The notes beneath the pieces were generated by a model. The model did no database searches. It had not been told where the DNA came from and was given only the letters and a program-made list of their open reading frames with translations. A stretch of DNA of 64,000 nucleotides from Octopus sinensis (Eukaryota). The stretch's first letter is position 1. The number at the start of each line of letters is the position of its first letter. This document shows positions 62,174 through 64,000 of the stretch, one piece after another. Made by a program: the position numbers and the translations under genes. The DNA is taken from NCBI RefSeq assembly GCF_006345805.1, contig NC_042997.1:77562001-77626000 (forward strand). Direction: 5' to 3'.

Positions 62174-64000
62174 TAACAGCAAATATCCAGGGTCTTTATC
62201 CGAAAACAAAACAGTGTAAAGTCCCTTTCTTGGAAGAATTAGCAACAGAAAACAACTCCAAAATAATTGGAATTACTGAAAGTCATCTCAACGAAAACAT
62301 CCGCAACAGCGAAATCACAATCAATAGATTCAACATCTTCAGATGTGATAGACAAGGCAGATCCCATGGGGGCGTTATCATGTATATCCATGATACCTAT
62401 GCATGCATAGAACTTGTCAATGAATCAAATGCCTACTGCAACCTGCTGTGCATAAAAATCATCCAACTTAATACAGTTGTAACAATAATGTACAGACCGC
62501 CAAACAGCCCAACATTATCCTTCACTGAGCCACTGACGAAGCTCCAACAAATTCTGGGAAACATGGCAAGTCCAATGCCAGACATTATCCTCCTTGGTGA
62601 CTTCAACTTCCCTAACATCATCTGGCCACATGGACACATACTAAAACTGGGGACAAAAGCTGAACAAATACAGGCAGCCAAACTGTTGGAAGTCACAGAG
62701 AAATTATACCTCAAACAAATGATGACAGAAGCAACAAGAAATAATAATACGATCGACTTGGTTTTCACCAACAACGAGGACACGCTATTTGACCTTCACT
62801 CAACCCCAACAATCCTTTCAGACCACAATATTATTGAAATGCATTTACACATTGGTAATGAGCCCAATGCCACAACTCTTAAACAAAAGGACATGCCAAA
62901 GCTATGCAGGTATGATTATCACCAGGCAAATTGGGAAACTATTAACAACCAGTTACAAATCATTGACTGGGATCTCTACCTTACTGGGCCAGATAAACAC
63001 AAGAAATTCTTAAACAAGATCGAAGAAATATGTGAAAAAAATGTTCCTCTAAAGAAAACCAAGTCCACAAAAAAACCTGTACCACGGGAGCGAAAGATCC
63101 TGATGCGCAAAAGGTCAAGACTAAGAAACAAAACATCTAAGCTGACATCAAAACATGAATTACAGAAAGTCCTTGACCAAATATACAGATTAGAAGACAA
63201 TCTAAAACAACACTATGATGAAGAACGTAGCAATGCAGAAAAGAAAGCCATAGAAAACATCAAGAAAAATCCAAAATGTTTCTACAGTTTTGCAAAGAAA
63301 TACTCGAACACCAAGTCAACAATAGGACCTCTCCAGAGACAAAATGGGGATGTAGTGAATAACCCTATTGAAATGGCAGAAATGTTGGGTCAACAGTATG
63401 AAAGTGTCTTCAGTGAGCCATCTAAAACCATGAAGATCCATGACCCAGGAAAATTCTTCAAGGATATCGACCATACTAAACCTACCCTATCCGACATTGA
63501 TTTCAACCCAGAAGACATAGAAAGAGCCATAGACAAGCTCTCCATGCACTCGGCTGTGGGGCCTGACGGTTTCAATGCCATGATACTTAAAAACTGCAAG
63601 GCACAATTGTCGAAACCCCTTTACATGATATGGAGGGAATCTATGGAGAATGGCAAAATACCAAATACATATAAAGAAGCACACATAACTCCAATACATA
63701 AAGGGGATAGCAAATCAAAACCAAAGAACTACCGACCAATCTCACTGACATCACACATTATCAAGGTCTTCGAAAGAATAGTTCGTGGAAAACTGGTTGA
63801 GTTCCTGGAATCCAACAATCTGATGAATTGCAACCAGCATGGATTCAGGTTAGGTAGATCATGCCTTTCCCAACTACTGGCACACCATGACCAAATCCTA
63901 GAAAATCTAGAGAATGGATACAACACAGATGTTATCTACCTCGACTTTGCCAAGGCATTTGACAAGGTAGATCATGGCATCCTGGGTCACAAACTTCGAA
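61948..64000 (+). CDS. LINE ORF2 (AP endonuclease + reverse transcriptase), partial at the window end
   Basis: Manually translated with no stop from 61948 to 64000: ANIQG, ITESHL, YRPP, GDFNFP, SDHN, GPDG, NYRPISLTS, QHGFR, YLDFAKAFDKVDH. Confidence 0.92.

Larger units (their letters stand above)
61283..64000 (+). mobile_element. CR1-clade LINE, young, runs off the window end
   Basis: Open ORF1 plus open ORF2 (AP endonuclease and RT). The 5' end is probably truncated. Confidence 0.9.

Overview
AT-rich, microsatellite-dense animal genomic DNA. It is most likely an octopus or other cephalopod, inferred from repeat density and SINE families I recognise; this was not verified. The window is almost entirely transposable elements and simple repeats. 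Main contents: (1) a Charlie/Buster-type hAT (11040-13421, 8-bp TSD) and a ZMYM1-like hAT pseudogene; (2) a complete but frame-broken 4.17-kb LTR retrotransposon (18177-22346, 5-bp TSD) with a gag/pol -1 slippery site, DIRS-like RT/RNase H motifs and no TGG-type PBS; (3) three GGATC...GATCC foldback elements with exact 8-bp TSDs (Merlin-like), one carrying a telomeric-repeat core; (4) a cluster of R4/Dong-type LINE pieces; (5) RTE, Penelope, L1/Tx1, pogo, mariner, piggyBac-type and Helitron remnants plus several SINEs; (6) a young CR1-type LINE at the right edge. Its ORF2 is stop-free to the window end, has no ATG before the endonuclease domain, and overlaps ORF1 starting at an in-phase T TTT TTA slippery heptamer. 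Host genes are only weakly supported: a possible minus-strand chain of short exons at 1.2-3.7 kb (perhaps also 14.6 kb), and a possible plus-strand gene body from about 42 kb, suggested by CpG decay in SINE copies. All alignments and translations were done by hand; no database searches were run.
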